Virus record (IMG/VR): IMGVR_UViG_3300031951_000003
Coordinates: 124,001-188,000 of that record
DNA length: 64,000 bases
Strand: one strand, 5' to 3'
Both the position numbers and the translations under genes were made by a program. The notes under the pieces are model-generated. The model saw nothing but the letters and a program-made list of their open reading frames with translations, did no database searches and was not told the DNA's origin. Of the stretch, positions 9,370-16,820 are shown piece by piece. Position 1 is the first letter of the stretch, and every line of letters begins with the position of its first letter.

Positions 9370-10665
9370 ATGTCGAACATACTAACTAACATACAAAAAC
9401 TTTATAATCAATTTGATAAGAATAAGGATATGGTCTCTGAGGTCTATATAAAACCTGATGAGTCTTTATATCCAAATTTGAAATTTGCTAAAAGAACTAG
9501 ACAAGATGAGATAAATAAAGCTTTATTGGACGACTTACAAAAAGCATCTCAAATGACAGGTTTGGACATCACGATTGATTTCGCAAAGACTGACCACGGC
9601 AAATATGCAAAAAGTGGTAATGTAAGTAGACACTGGTCTCAAAATGCCGTAGACATTGACTATATAGGAGGAAAAGTTGTAAGTCCAAAAAATAGAGACG
9701 TTGTTGACAAGTTTGTAAATGCTCTTCTAAGTATGGGTTACAATAAGAATGCTGAGGGTTCATCACATCCTAAAGCTGTTTTGACCTTCGGTTTTGCAGG
9801 CCACGATAATCACGTTCACGTTTCAAATACAACTGGTTCACCGTCTTCTGTAGACCCCAACTACCAACCAAGTTCAGACGATTCAACTGAAGATGGAACT
9901 TCAGACACAACCAAGGCAGGTGCCTATGGTGAAAAAATCAATATAGGTGGAACAAAATCAAAATCCAAAAGTGCGGAAGAACAAAACCCATTACTTTACT
10001 TAGTCGCTAAAGACATTGGTAGTAAGGTTTTTAATCTTAAAGAAGGTTTCGGAAAAAACATCCAAAGTAATATGGGAACTATTGTAATTCCTGGTTCGAG
10101 TAATCCAAGAGTGAAAAGTCCGATAGATGGTGTAGTAAACAACAAAAGATTTGTTCAAGGATGTAAAAATGAGGTGACAATTGAGTCATCAACACAACCT
10201 CAGTTTTTTTTACAGTATTGTGGAATGACAACCAAGAAAGTAAATAATGGTGACCCTGTTTCTCAAGGTCAAGATATTGGAACTATGGATAGTAAGGACA
10301 ATGCTGAGGTGTTGTTTCTCGACAAATCATATAATAGAAAAAATATAGACCCGCAAAAATTTGATTCTTTTGTTGATAAACAAAAAGAGAAAGAGCCTAA
10401 TAAGAAAGTATATATAAAAGGTAGTAATAGACAATATTCGGACCCTGCACTTGCTGGTTTGATTTTATTACCAAAAAAGATTTTTGGAAATGTATACGAC
10501 AAGGACACAGGTGAACTCAAAACAAAAAAGTGGAAAGATTGGGACTCAAAAAGAGATGTCGACCCATGGATTGCAAACGCCTTCAAAAAAGTTTTCAATA
10601 AGAAAAAACAACAAAACGAAGGTAAATTACAAGAAAATATAAAAAGAATAAAAGGACTATTATAA
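9370..10665 (+). CDS. Putative peptidoglycan peptidase (Hedgehog/DD-peptidase M15-like domain plus degenerate M23-like domain)
   Basis: SRHWSQNAVDI...HDNHVHV Zn ligands; VKSPIDGVV...V.NGD.V.QGQ.IG; TATTTATA upstream. Confidence 0.6.
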   Translation: MSNILTNIQKLYNQFDKNKDMVSEVYIKPDESLYPNLKFAKRTRQDEINKALLDDLQKASQMTGLDITIDFAKTDHGKYAKSGNVSRHWSQNAVDIDYIGGKVVSPKNRDVVDKFVNALLSMGYNKNAEGSSHPKAVLTFGFAGHDNHVHVSNTTGSPSSVDPNYQPSSDDSTEDGTSDTTKAGAYGEKINIGGTKSKSKSAEEQNPLLYLVAKDIGSKVFNLKEGFGKNIQSNMGTIVIPGSSNPRVKSPIDGVVNNKRFVQGCKNEVTIESSTQPQFFLQYCGMTTKKVNNGDPVSQGQDIGTMDSKDNAEVLFLDKSYNRKNIDPQKFDSFVDKQKEKEPNKKVYIKGSNRQYSDPALAGLILLPKKIFGNVYDKDTGELKTKKWKDWDSKRDVDPWIANAFKKVFNKKKQQNEGKLQENIKRIKGLL

Positions 10666-10694
10666 AAAAACCCCCTCAAATGAGGGGTTTTTTA
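10666..10694. terminator. Bidirectional terminator
   Basis: A run-CCCCTCA-aa-TGAGGGG-T run between convergent genes. Confidence 0.75.
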
Positions 10695-10717
10695 TTAGTT
10701 CGTTGTAGAAGAATATA

Positions 10718-10888
10718 TTATTTTACTTCTTCTGCTCTAACAGAATCTACAACTGGAGCTACTGTAGAGTCTACCAATGTTGAGTCTGCTACTACAGCAG
10801 TTGAATCGGTTTTTACTTCGTTTGATGTTGCTCCGTTTCCACATGATGCCAATGCTACGATTGACAAGATTGCAAGGATTTTTTTCAT
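10718..10888 (-). CDS. Small lipoprotein (56 aa), absent from ORF track
   Basis: MKKILAILSIVALASCGNGATSNEVKTDSTAVVADSTLVDSTVAPVVDSVRAEEVK; lipobox LASC. Confidence 0.8.
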   Translation of the reverse strand: MKKILAILSIVALASCGNGATSNEVKTDSTAVVADSTLVDSTVAPVVDSVRAEEVK

Positions 10889-10989
10889 TTTCTTTTTGTT
10901 TTTTTTGTTAATGTTTTAATAACGTCTTGAGTTTATAAATATAGAAAAGTTTTTCAGAATCGTCAATTAGCAGTGTAAACTTTTTTTTG

Positions 10990-11074
10990 CGGAGAGTATT
11001 GGATTCGAACCAATAGGCCAATTGCTCGACCACAGTTTAGCAAACTGCTCCTTTAACCACTCAGGCAACTCTCC
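10990..11074 (-). tRNA. tRNA-Ser(GCT)
   Basis: Cloverleaf with long variable arm; anticodon loop TTGCTAA. Confidence 0.93.
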
Positions 11075-11078
11075 TTTG

Positions 11079-11152
11079 TGTGAACGATGGGGTTCGAACC
11101 CACGACAACTAGCGCCACAAGCTAGTGCTCTTCCAACTGAGCTACGTTCACC
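11079..11152 (-). tRNA. tRNA-His(GTG)
   Basis: Cloverleaf; loop TTGTGGC; encoded G-1. Confidence 0.92.
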
Positions 11153-11164
11153 ATATTACTTACG

Positions 11165-11237
11165 AGGTCTTACTAGGATTCGAACCCAAATTTCTTCGTC
11201 CGTAGCGAAGTGTATTCATCCATTATACGATAAGACC
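11165..11237 (-). tRNA. tRNA-Arg(ACG)
   Basis: Cloverleaf; loop CTACGGA. Confidence 0.9.
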
Positions 11238-11320
11238 TATCTGTTATTTTCTTCTAAACATTTCGGACAAAGTCCGTCTTTGTCTAAAAGTGTTCCGTGA
11301 ATTCCACAAATATTATTCAT
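11237..11320 (-). CDS. 27-aa zinc-finger microprotein within the tRNA array
   Basis: MNNICGIHGTLLDKDGLCPKCLEENNR; CxxH...CxxC. Confidence 0.55.
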   Translation of the reverse strand: MNNICGIHGTLLDKDGLCPKCLEENNR

Positions 11321-11332
11321 AATAAAAATTTG

Positions 11333-11403
11333 TTATCCCCCAAGGATTCGAACCTTGAATAATTGGACCAAAACCAATTGTGTTACCGTTACACCAGAGG
11401 ATA
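11333..11403 (-). tRNA. tRNA-Gln(TTG)
   Basis: Cloverleaf; loop TTTTGGT. Confidence 0.9.
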
Positions 11404-11408
11404 TAATG

Positions 11409-11482
11409 TGGACCCTCACGGACTTGAACCGTGGACCTACTGATTATGAGTCAGCCGCTCTAACCAACTGAGCTAAGGGTCC
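11409..11482 (-). tRNA. tRNA with CAT anticodon, most likely Ile2 (lysidine type)
   Basis: GGACCCTTAGCTCAG...GACTCATAATC resembles Ile2 rather than initiator Met. Confidence 0.85.
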
Positions 11483-11549
11483 TTAAATGATTGTTACACT
11501 TGGTTGTGTTACTTCCTCCTGACACCACTCAGGACTTCAATCATTTTTG

Positions 11550-11631
11550 TGGGAGTAGCTGGACTCGAACCAACGAACTCGAAAGAGGGAAGATTTACAG
11601 TCTTCTGCCATTGCCACTAGGCGATACTCCC
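11550..11631 (-). tRNA. tRNA-Tyr(GTA)
   Basis: Cloverleaf with variable arm; loop CTGTAAA. Confidence 0.93.
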
Positions 11632-11635
11632 ATTA

Positions 11636-11768
11636 AGGAAAGGAGAAGATGGTTGCGTGGACATCTCCTTTTACGATTGGCATTACTCAGGTGTATTTCT
11701 CCCAACTCCGATGATACAGACCGAAATACACTCTCGAGTCATTAGTATCACCATTCCCCAATCAACCT
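11636..11768 (-). ncRNA. Candidate pseudoknotted ncRNA between tRNA-Trp and tRNA-Tyr
   Basis: Nested GATTGG/CCAATC, ACTC/GAGT, GTGTATTTC/GAAATACAC; second hairpin AAAGGAG-ATG/CAT-CTCCTTT; crossing pairs GGTGATAC/GTATCATC and GGTTG/CAACC. Confidence 0.6.
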
Positions 11769-11773
11769 ATTTG

Positions 11774-11846
11774 CACGCACGGTAGGACTCGAACCTACAA
11801 CACCTAGTTTTGGAGACTAGTACTCTACCAATTGAGCTACGCACGC
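11774..11846 (-). tRNA. tRNA-Trp(CCA)
   Basis: Cloverleaf; loop CTCCAAA. Confidence 0.92.
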
Positions 11847-11851
11847 GTGAC

Positions 11852-12400
11852 TTATTTTTTCGTCCATTTACTTTTAGAGAGTAAGTCATCCCAATCTTCA
11901 TATCCTTGTTCACGAGCATACTCATCGTTTTTTTTCCGAGTATATTCTTTCACTTTATCGGGGTCTCTCATTTCATCGGAATCTTTGAAACCTAATGATT
12001 TCGCACATTCCTCTTCACACCAGTTGTGAGAACCTATCTCTATGTTTATTGGTAAGTCAGTTTCCAAGGATTCGATAAAATCTTCGAATTGACTTGCCGA
12101 TTCATAAGGCATTGTGTAGATTCCTTCATGAACCTGATATCCACTTTCATTTTTACTGTCGAAAACCTCGATTCTACCCATTCTGTATTTTTCACCCATG
12201 AGTGAAAATACACCATATCCCACAGTTGAATAACTGAATCTACCACGAGTGCTTACACCTAACATATCAACACATCTTGGATTTGCCTCCATGTAATGCG
12301 CTAAGTGGTCAACAAGCATCTCATCACTTAGTTCTTTTCCTTCTTGTTTTCTTCGGATGTTATTCAGGAACCATAACAAATCCGCTCTATTGATTTTCAT
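11852..12400 (-). CDS. Hypothetical protein
   Basis: 182-aa ORF; TATCTTTG upstream (12416-12423). Confidence 0.7.
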   Translation of the reverse strand: MKINRADLLWFLNNIRRKQEGKELSDEMLVDHLAHYMEANPRCVDMLGVSTRGRFSYSTVGYGVFSLMGEKYRMGRIEVFDSKNESGYQVHEGIYTMPYESASQFEDFIESLETDLPINIEIGSHNWCEEECAKSLGFKDSDEMRDPDKVKEYTRKKNDEYAREQGYEDWDDLLSKSKWTKK

Positions 12401-12428
12401 AATTTTTTATTTATACAAAGATAACGAA

Positions 12429-12953
12429 TTATCTCTCAAGTTTTTTTATACATTCATCTATTTTATCTCTTAATCTACCACCATACCCGAAGTCACCATC
12501 TACCTGAACGTGTCTCCACATCGGAACTCTTGGTTTCATCCATTTATATTGACCATCAAGTTTCATGTCGTCGATTGAAATCCAATTTGAGATTTTATTA
12601 TCTTTTACCCACTTTGTGATTTCTGCTGCTCTTTCCCACTCAATTGAAGGTCTACTAAGTTTATTCCAAAGGTCCTGATGGGTTGTGATATCTACAATCG
12701 GAGCTGTTACACCATAGTATTGGAAAATACGTTTTAATTGTATAAAACTGAAATGTTTTCTCCAATCCGAACTCACAACTAAACTTGCGTTTGTTTCATC
12801 ACAAATTTTTTGAAGTGCTTGACAATCATCTTCAACCCATGGGTAAGGGATTGTAAAAGTTTTACTGTGTTCGTTCAGCGTAACTCTCCCATCACCCCAA
12901 GTTCCCCATGCCAGTGGTCCATCTACATCAATAAAAATAATTTTACGTCTCAT
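12429..12953 (-). CDS. HAD-domain protein of the Swiss-army-knife RNA-repair type (HAD_SAK_2-like)
   Basis: IIFIDVDGPL, VVSSDWR, WISIDD motifs. Confidence 0.75.
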   Translation of the reverse strand: MRRKIIFIDVDGPLAWGTWGDGRVTLNEHSKTFTIPYPWVEDDCQALQKICDETNASLVVSSDWRKHFSFIQLKRIFQYYGVTAPIVDITTHQDLWNKLSRPSIEWERAAEITKWVKDNKISNWISIDDMKLDGQYKWMKPRVPMWRHVQVDGDFGYGGRLRDKIDECIKKLER

Positions 12954-12967
12954 AACAATTTTATTTG

Positions 12968-13041
12968 TTGGAATGGGCGGATTCGAACCGCCGACATCTA
13001 ACGTATCAGATTAGCACTCTAACCAACTGAGTTACATTCCA
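12968..13041 (-). tRNA. tRNA-Ile(GAT)
   Basis: Cloverleaf; loop CTGATAC. Confidence 0.92.
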
Positions 13042-13047
13042 TTATTG

Positions 13048-13119
13048 AGGTCAGGATAGGAATCGAACCTACGTAGAAAGTTTTGCAGACTTCCGCCTAA
13101 GCCACTCGGCCACCCGACC
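13048..13119 (-). tRNA. tRNA-Cys(GCA)
   Basis: Cloverleaf; loop CTGCAAA; U73. Confidence 0.93.
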
Positions 13120-13126
13120 TTAATTG

Positions 13127-13198
13127 TGACCCCTGATGGATTCGAACCATCGACTTCTTCATTAAAAGTGAAGAGCTCTTCCACTGAGCTAAGAGGTC
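13127..13198 (-). tRNA. tRNA-Lys(TTT)
   Basis: Cloverleaf; loop CTTTTAA. Confidence 0.92.
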
Positions 13199-13202
13199 TT
13201 TG

Positions 13203-13275
13203 TGGTAACGGTCAGAATCGAACTGACCACACCTTGGTCTTCAGCCAAGTGCTCTACCAACTGAGCTACGTCACC
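13203..13275 (-). tRNA. tRNA-Phe(GAA)
   Basis: Cloverleaf; loop CTGAAGA. Confidence 0.92.
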
Positions 13276-13280
13276 ATTTG

Positions 13281-13353
13281 TAGTCCCTGTAGGAATCGAA
13301 CCTACGACACCTTGCATGTAAGGCAAGTGCTCTTCCAACTGAGCTAAGAGACT
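13281..13353 (-). tRNA. tRNA-Val(TAC)
   Basis: Cloverleaf; loop CTTACAT. Confidence 0.93.
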
Positions 13354-13360
13354 GAATTTG

Positions 13361-13432
13361 TAGCCCCGCACGGACTCGAACCGAAATCTCCACCGTGAAA
13401 GGGTGGCGTCCTAACCTTTAGACGACGGGGCC
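13361..13432 (-). tRNA. tRNA-Glu(TTC)
   Basis: Cloverleaf; loop CTTTCAC. Confidence 0.92.
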
Positions 13433-13457
13433 AAGAATTACAAACTTACAACCATTA

Positions 13458-13468
13458 TTTCAAAGAAC
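13458..13468 (-). promoter_or_regulatory. boxA-like antitermination element GTTCTTTGAAA
   Basis: Same word upstream of tmRNA; resembles rrn boxA. Confidence 0.5.
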
Positions 13469-13483
13469 CAAAAACTCCTTAAA

Positions 13484-13522
13484 TAAAAAAACCCCGAACT
13501 TCATTTCTGTAGTCCGAGGTTT
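13484..13522 (-). terminator. Attenuator terminator upstream of Glu..Ser tRNA block
   Basis: AAACCTCGGACT/AGTTCGGGGTTT + T run; 5' arm GGACTACAG can pair instead with CTGTAGTCT in the leader ORF. Confidence 0.85.
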
Positions 13523-13555
13523 GTATATATAACTCTTCAGGAATTATAGGCTATC

Positions 13556-13636
13556 TCATGAGACTACAGCGCGTGTCTTAAACCAACAAATCTCTTGTTG
13601 TTTACTATAGACTTTATTACGCACTATTGTTCTCAT
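13556..13636 (-). CDS. Leader peptide 1, MRTIVRNKVYSKQQEICWFKTRAVVS
   Basis: Follows TATATTTG (13654-13661); 3' end carries the antiterminator strand; codons match the downstream tRNAs. Confidence 0.75.
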   Translation of the reverse strand: MRTIVRNKVYSKQQEICWFKTRAVVS

Positions 13637-13695
13637 TATTATTATAATTACTACAAATATAGTAAATCTCTTTTAAAAATCAAATTATTTTTCTG

Positions 13696-13776
13696 TACCC
13701 CAAGAGAGACTCGAACTCTCACGACCGAAGTCATTGGTTCCTAAGACCAACGCGGCTACCATTACGCCATCGGGGT
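13696..13776 (-). tRNA. tRNA-Leu(TAG)
   Basis: Cloverleaf with variable arm; loop CTTAGGA. Confidence 0.92.
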
Positions 13777-13779
13777 ATT

Positions 13780-13995
13780 TTAGTGAGTTCCGTTTGTTAG
13801 AGAAACTCCGTGTTCAAACCCTTTTATGAAATCATTTATTTCTTCTTGGGTCATACTATTATAAACTCTCCCAACAACAAATCCAATTTCATTACCTAAA
13901 TCAGAAATATCGCCGATATAATTAATTTCTTTTTTGTGGTTATCAAATTCATTTAGAATTTTTTCCAAGATTGTATATGTAAACGCTCTAGTCAT
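13780..13995 (-). CDS. Hypothetical protein
   Basis: Start moved to MTRAFTY to avoid overlap with tRNA-Arg. Confidence 0.55.
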   Translation of the reverse strand: MTRAFTYTILEKILNEFDNHKKEINYIGDISDLGNEIGFVVGRVYNSMTQEEINDFIKGFEHGVSLTNGTH

Positions 13996-14007
13996 TTTTT
14001 TAAGTTG

Positions 14008-14079
14008 TAGTCCCGCCAAGAATCGAACTTGGAATTACTGCTTAGAAGGCAGTAGTTATATCCATTTAACTACAGGACC
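14008..14079 (-). tRNA. tRNA-Arg(TCT)
   Basis: Cloverleaf; loop CTTCTAA. Confidence 0.92.
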
Positions 14080-14083
14080 AAAG

Positions 14084-14170
14084 TACCTCAGGTGGGACTT
14101 GAACCCACACGGACATTTTCTGTCCACAAGATTTTAAGTCTTGCGCGTATACCGATTTCGCCACCAAGGT
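14084..14170 (-). tRNA. tRNA-Leu(TAA)
   Basis: Cloverleaf with variable arm; loop CTTAAAA. Confidence 0.93.
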
Positions 14171-14212
14171 ATAAAACAAAAGTAAGGAATCAGTATTGAA
14201 AAAACAAATGAA

Positions 14213-14917
14213 TTAGAACTTTTCTTCCCAAACAGTATCTCTTTCTGTTTCTTCAATATTCATTGTGTGATTTAAGGTTATCTCTTTACGGTCCAAATCA
14301 ATTTCGAAATTACCTTGAGAACCTTCGTTGATTTCCCATCCACCAAAATTATTTTCAAGCATTCTGTATGCGTAGTCTGAAACCACCGCAGGAACAGAAT
14401 CACCATTTGTAAAATCGTCTTCCAAGTAACCAGAGTCACCACTTCCATTGTAGTCAAGTTGAAGGACTCTATCACTAATTTCCTCGTCGTTTTCTAACGT
14501 ATCAAAAAGCTCCATTAAATCCTCATTGTCGTCTTCTTCCAAAGAATGAGTAATAGATTCGGTATTCCCAACATCATAGTAGCTATAGTCATAGGAGATT
14601 GAAATTTCTCTAGTTTTACAATCAATCTCAATCATAACTCTTCCCCAATTGATATCGTCATATTCGGGTTGTTTAATTAGTTCATTTTCACAAACATAAT
14701 AAATGCTTTTCTGAAAAATTGGAATTAATCCTTCAGGAATTTCCGCAACGTAATTATTTGAAAAATGTGTTACATTTTTCCAATCGATATCGTCACAATC
14801 AAAATAAGAGGTATTCATTTCGAATTCGACAAATGCATCTTCCATTCCGATGGAACCTAAATAACGACAGATACGATTTAAATACTTTTTTTCGTCTTTA
14901 GTTAATAAATCTTTCAT
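14213..14917 (-). CDS. DUF6878-like protein
   Basis: YNGSGDSG...GWEINEGSQG C-terminal motif. Confidence 0.6.
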   Translation of the reverse strand: MKDLLTKDEKKYLNRICRYLGSIGMEDAFVEFEMNTSYFDCDDIDWKNVTHFSNNYVAEIPEGLIPIFQKSIYYVCENELIKQPEYDDINWGRVMIEIDCKTREISISYDYSYYDVGNTESITHSLEEDDNEDLMELFDTLENDEEISDRVLQLDYNGSGDSGYLEDDFTNGDSVPAVVSDYAYRMLENNFGGWEINEGSQGNFEIDLDRKEITLNHTMNIEETERDTVWEEKF

Positions 14918-14930
14918 GATAATATAAATA

Positions 14931-15284
14931 TCAATCTTCGAACTCTAATTTTATTGTTTTCAACATCCAAGATGGCCTTGTGTTCGATACCATGTTGTTT
15001 ATCCATTCTTTTGCGGAAGGGATATAATTATTACAATCTTCCTTTACGTGTTGTTCACCAACATATCGGGTGTAGACTGTCTTACCATCACTGTTTTTGA
15101 ATTCAGGACCAAACCTCTTTTCCATTTCGAAAATCCCTTCCGAATGATGTCTAAACATTCTGTGTAAAGAATCCCCGAACCAACCTTTGGTCTCATCCAT
15201 CCACTCATGTAAATGAATATAATCCTCAGGTTTTCCACCAAACTTTTTAGCGGAACTTTTTGCATGTAAATTAGGGTGTGACAT
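14931..15284 (-). CDS. DUF6915-like protein
   Basis: MSHPNLHAKSSAKKFGGKPEDY..H.WMDETK..HRMFRHHSEGIF..EQHVKED; start reassigned. Confidence 0.7.
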   Translation of the reverse strand: MSHPNLHAKSSAKKFGGKPEDYIHLHEWMDETKGWFGDSLHRMFRHHSEGIFEMEKRFGPEFKNSDGKTVYTRYVGEQHVKEDCNNYIPSAKEWINNMVSNTRPSWMLKTIKLEFED

Positions 15285-15870
15285 TTCTCCAAGATTCTTT
15301 TCGATAACCAAATAAATGAAATTGCTCCTCAAAAATTTTATAAACGTAGTTGGATACTTCTTCATCATAAAATTCCTTCCATGGTTTCCTTTTTTCATTC
15401 ATTTGTCCTTCAAATTCTGTTTTGAATTTGTTATTACTTATGAACTCATCAAAGGTTTTCTTGATATCGGAATTCTCCAAATCCAAAAATTTCAAAGACT
15501 TGAGGTCATTCTCCAAATTTTCCTGTTTTATGAATTTATCAAATGGTCTACCCAAAATTTCATAATTTTTATGATATTGTAATTGATAATCATTAATTAT
15601 TTTCGGGTTTTCGAGGGATTCGAAAACCCAAGTTTTGAAATGTTTTTGAAAATCATTCAAATGATGTGAATACAAATAAAACAGGGATACTAGTCTAGAG
15701 TAAGGGTTTCTAACGTTTGATACGAAGAAATAGTCTTTTTTGTTGGAATCAAATGTAAAATGATGGTCAAAAGTTTGAAAACCCATAACACGAAGAAGTT
15801 CTTTAGTTGAACGTGTTCCTGTTCTTTGTGGGGTAAACCAATAAACTTTGTGTTTCTCTGAGATATGCAT
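15271..15870 (-). CDS. Sulfotransferase family 2-like protein
   Basis: PQRTGTRS and VRNPYSRLVS motifs; paralog of 7533-8153. Confidence 0.75.
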   Translation of the reverse strand: MHISEKHKVYWFTPQRTGTRSTKELLRVMGFQTFDHHFTFDSNKKDYFFVSNVRNPYSRLVSLFYLYSHHLNDFQKHFKTWVFESLENPKIINDYQLQYHKNYEILGRPFDKFIKQENLENDLKSLKFLDLENSDIKKTFDEFISNNKFKTEFEGQMNEKRKPWKEFYDEEVSNYVYKIFEEQFHLFGYRKESWRNVTP

Positions 15871-16103
15871 TAGTAAATTTTTGTGTTGTTTCTTCTTGCC
15901 TCTTCCGCTTCCTTATAGATACGTATCCAAGTTAGAGTAATATCAACAGGTGCTAACACCCAACACATGATAATCAAACCTAAAGTATCTAATCCAGGTG
16001 AGATACCAAGACCACCTGCCATAACATCTCTGTTCCATTTTCTTACTGACATGACAAGACAATAAGCCAAACAGATTAAATAATAAGACCAAAAAATTTC
16101 CAT
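15870..16103 (-). CDS. Small membrane protein
   Basis: Two hydrophobic segments; abuts the next gene. Confidence 0.55.
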   Translation of the reverse strand: MEIFWSYYLICLAYCLVMSVRKWNRDVMAGGLGISPGLDTLGLIIMCWVLAPVDITLTWIRIYKEAEEARRNNTKIY

Positions 16104-16119
16104 AACTTTCAAATTTTAG

Positions 16120-16192
16120 TGGAGAATGAGGGAGTCGAACCCACGACAACTTGAATGCAAATCAAGTGCTCTACCAACTGAGCTAATTCCCC
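16120..16192 (-). tRNA. tRNA-Ala(TGC)
   Basis: G3.U70; loop TTTGCAT. Confidence 0.93.
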
Positions 16193-16198
16193 TATTTG

Positions 16199-16271
16199 AG
16201 CCTCCTGTCGGAATCGAACCAACGACCTACTGATTACAAATCAGTTGCTCTACCTGCTGAGCTAAGGAGGC
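16199..16271 (-). tRNA. tRNA-Thr(TGT)
   Basis: Cloverleaf; loop TTTGTAA. Confidence 0.93.
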
Positions 16272-16277
16272 GATGTG

Positions 16278-16350
16278 AGCGGAAGACCAGGCTCGAACTG
16301 GCCACCCCGACCTTGGCAAGGTCGTGCTCTACCGAATGAGCTACTTCCGC
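16278..16350 (-). tRNA. tRNA-Gly(GCC)
   Basis: Cloverleaf; loop TTGCCAA. Confidence 0.94.
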
Positions 16351-16359
16351 AATTTTCTG

Positions 16360-16432
16360 AGCGGGAGACCAGGCTCGAACTGGCCACCTATAGCTTGGAA
16401 GGCTATCGCTCTACCAAATGAGCTACTCCCGC
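16360..16432 (-). tRNA. tRNA-Gly(TCC)
   Basis: Cloverleaf; loop CTTCCAA. Confidence 0.94.
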
Positions 16433-16436
16433 ATAT

Positions 16437-16538
16437 TCCGTTTTTCCTTCACATTTAGCCCAATCACCAGTGAAACAATGATTGGATTTTGGATGGAGAA
16501 GTCTGCAAGGATTTCTCCCATTAGACCGTTACCACGGA
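16437..16538 (-). ncRNA. Candidate structured RNA between tRNA-Asp and tRNA-Gly
   Basis: Closing TCCGT/ACGGA; internal GGAGAA/TTCTCC and CCAATCA/TGATTGG. Confidence 0.4.
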
Positions 16539-16551
16539 CAAACTCTACCAG

Positions 16552-16625
16552 CGGAACGGACGGGGCTCGAACCCGCGACCTCTTGCGTGACAGGCAAGCA
16601 TTCTAGCCAACTGAACTACCGCTCC
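16552..16625 (-). tRNA. tRNA-Asp(GTC)
   Basis: Cloverleaf; loop CTGTCAC. Confidence 0.94.
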
Positions 16626-16630
16626 ATTTG

Positions 16631-16817
16631 AACAGGTTTTTTGTGTCCTTTTACACATCATGACCAACATATTACTACATTGGTGGTTACATTTTCGTCT
16701 TTGGTTAATTACTCCTGACTTATAGTAAACACTACCCTCACCGCTCTGATACCGCGAATCAAGACGGCGTCTTTGGGATTCATATACCGTGGGGTTCCAC
16801 CACAGTCTTCACCTGTT
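16631..16817 (-). ncRNA. Candidate ~190-nt multi-stem ncRNA between tRNA-Asn and tRNA-Asp
   Basis: Ends pair AACAGGT/ACCTGTT; stems CTGTGG/CCACGG, CGTCTT/AAGACG, CCAA/TTGG, TGTGT/ACACA. Confidence 0.5.
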
Positions 16818-16820
16818 TTG

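Noticed and set aside
10680-10919. Plus-strand 79-aa ORF
   Set aside because: It is the antisense shadow of the minus-strand lipoprotein 10718-10888.
11022-16606. ORF-track entries 11022-11300, 11491-11745, 13126-13347, 13189-13371, 13934-14137 and 16418-16606
   Set aside because: They overlap clear tRNA genes and are shadow ORFs.
11636-16817. tRNA-trailing elements as theta (HDV-like) ribozymes
   Set aside because: Helix order does not fit P1-P2-P3-P1.1-P4, and no P1 begins at the tRNA 3' ends by inspection; kept as unassigned RNAs.
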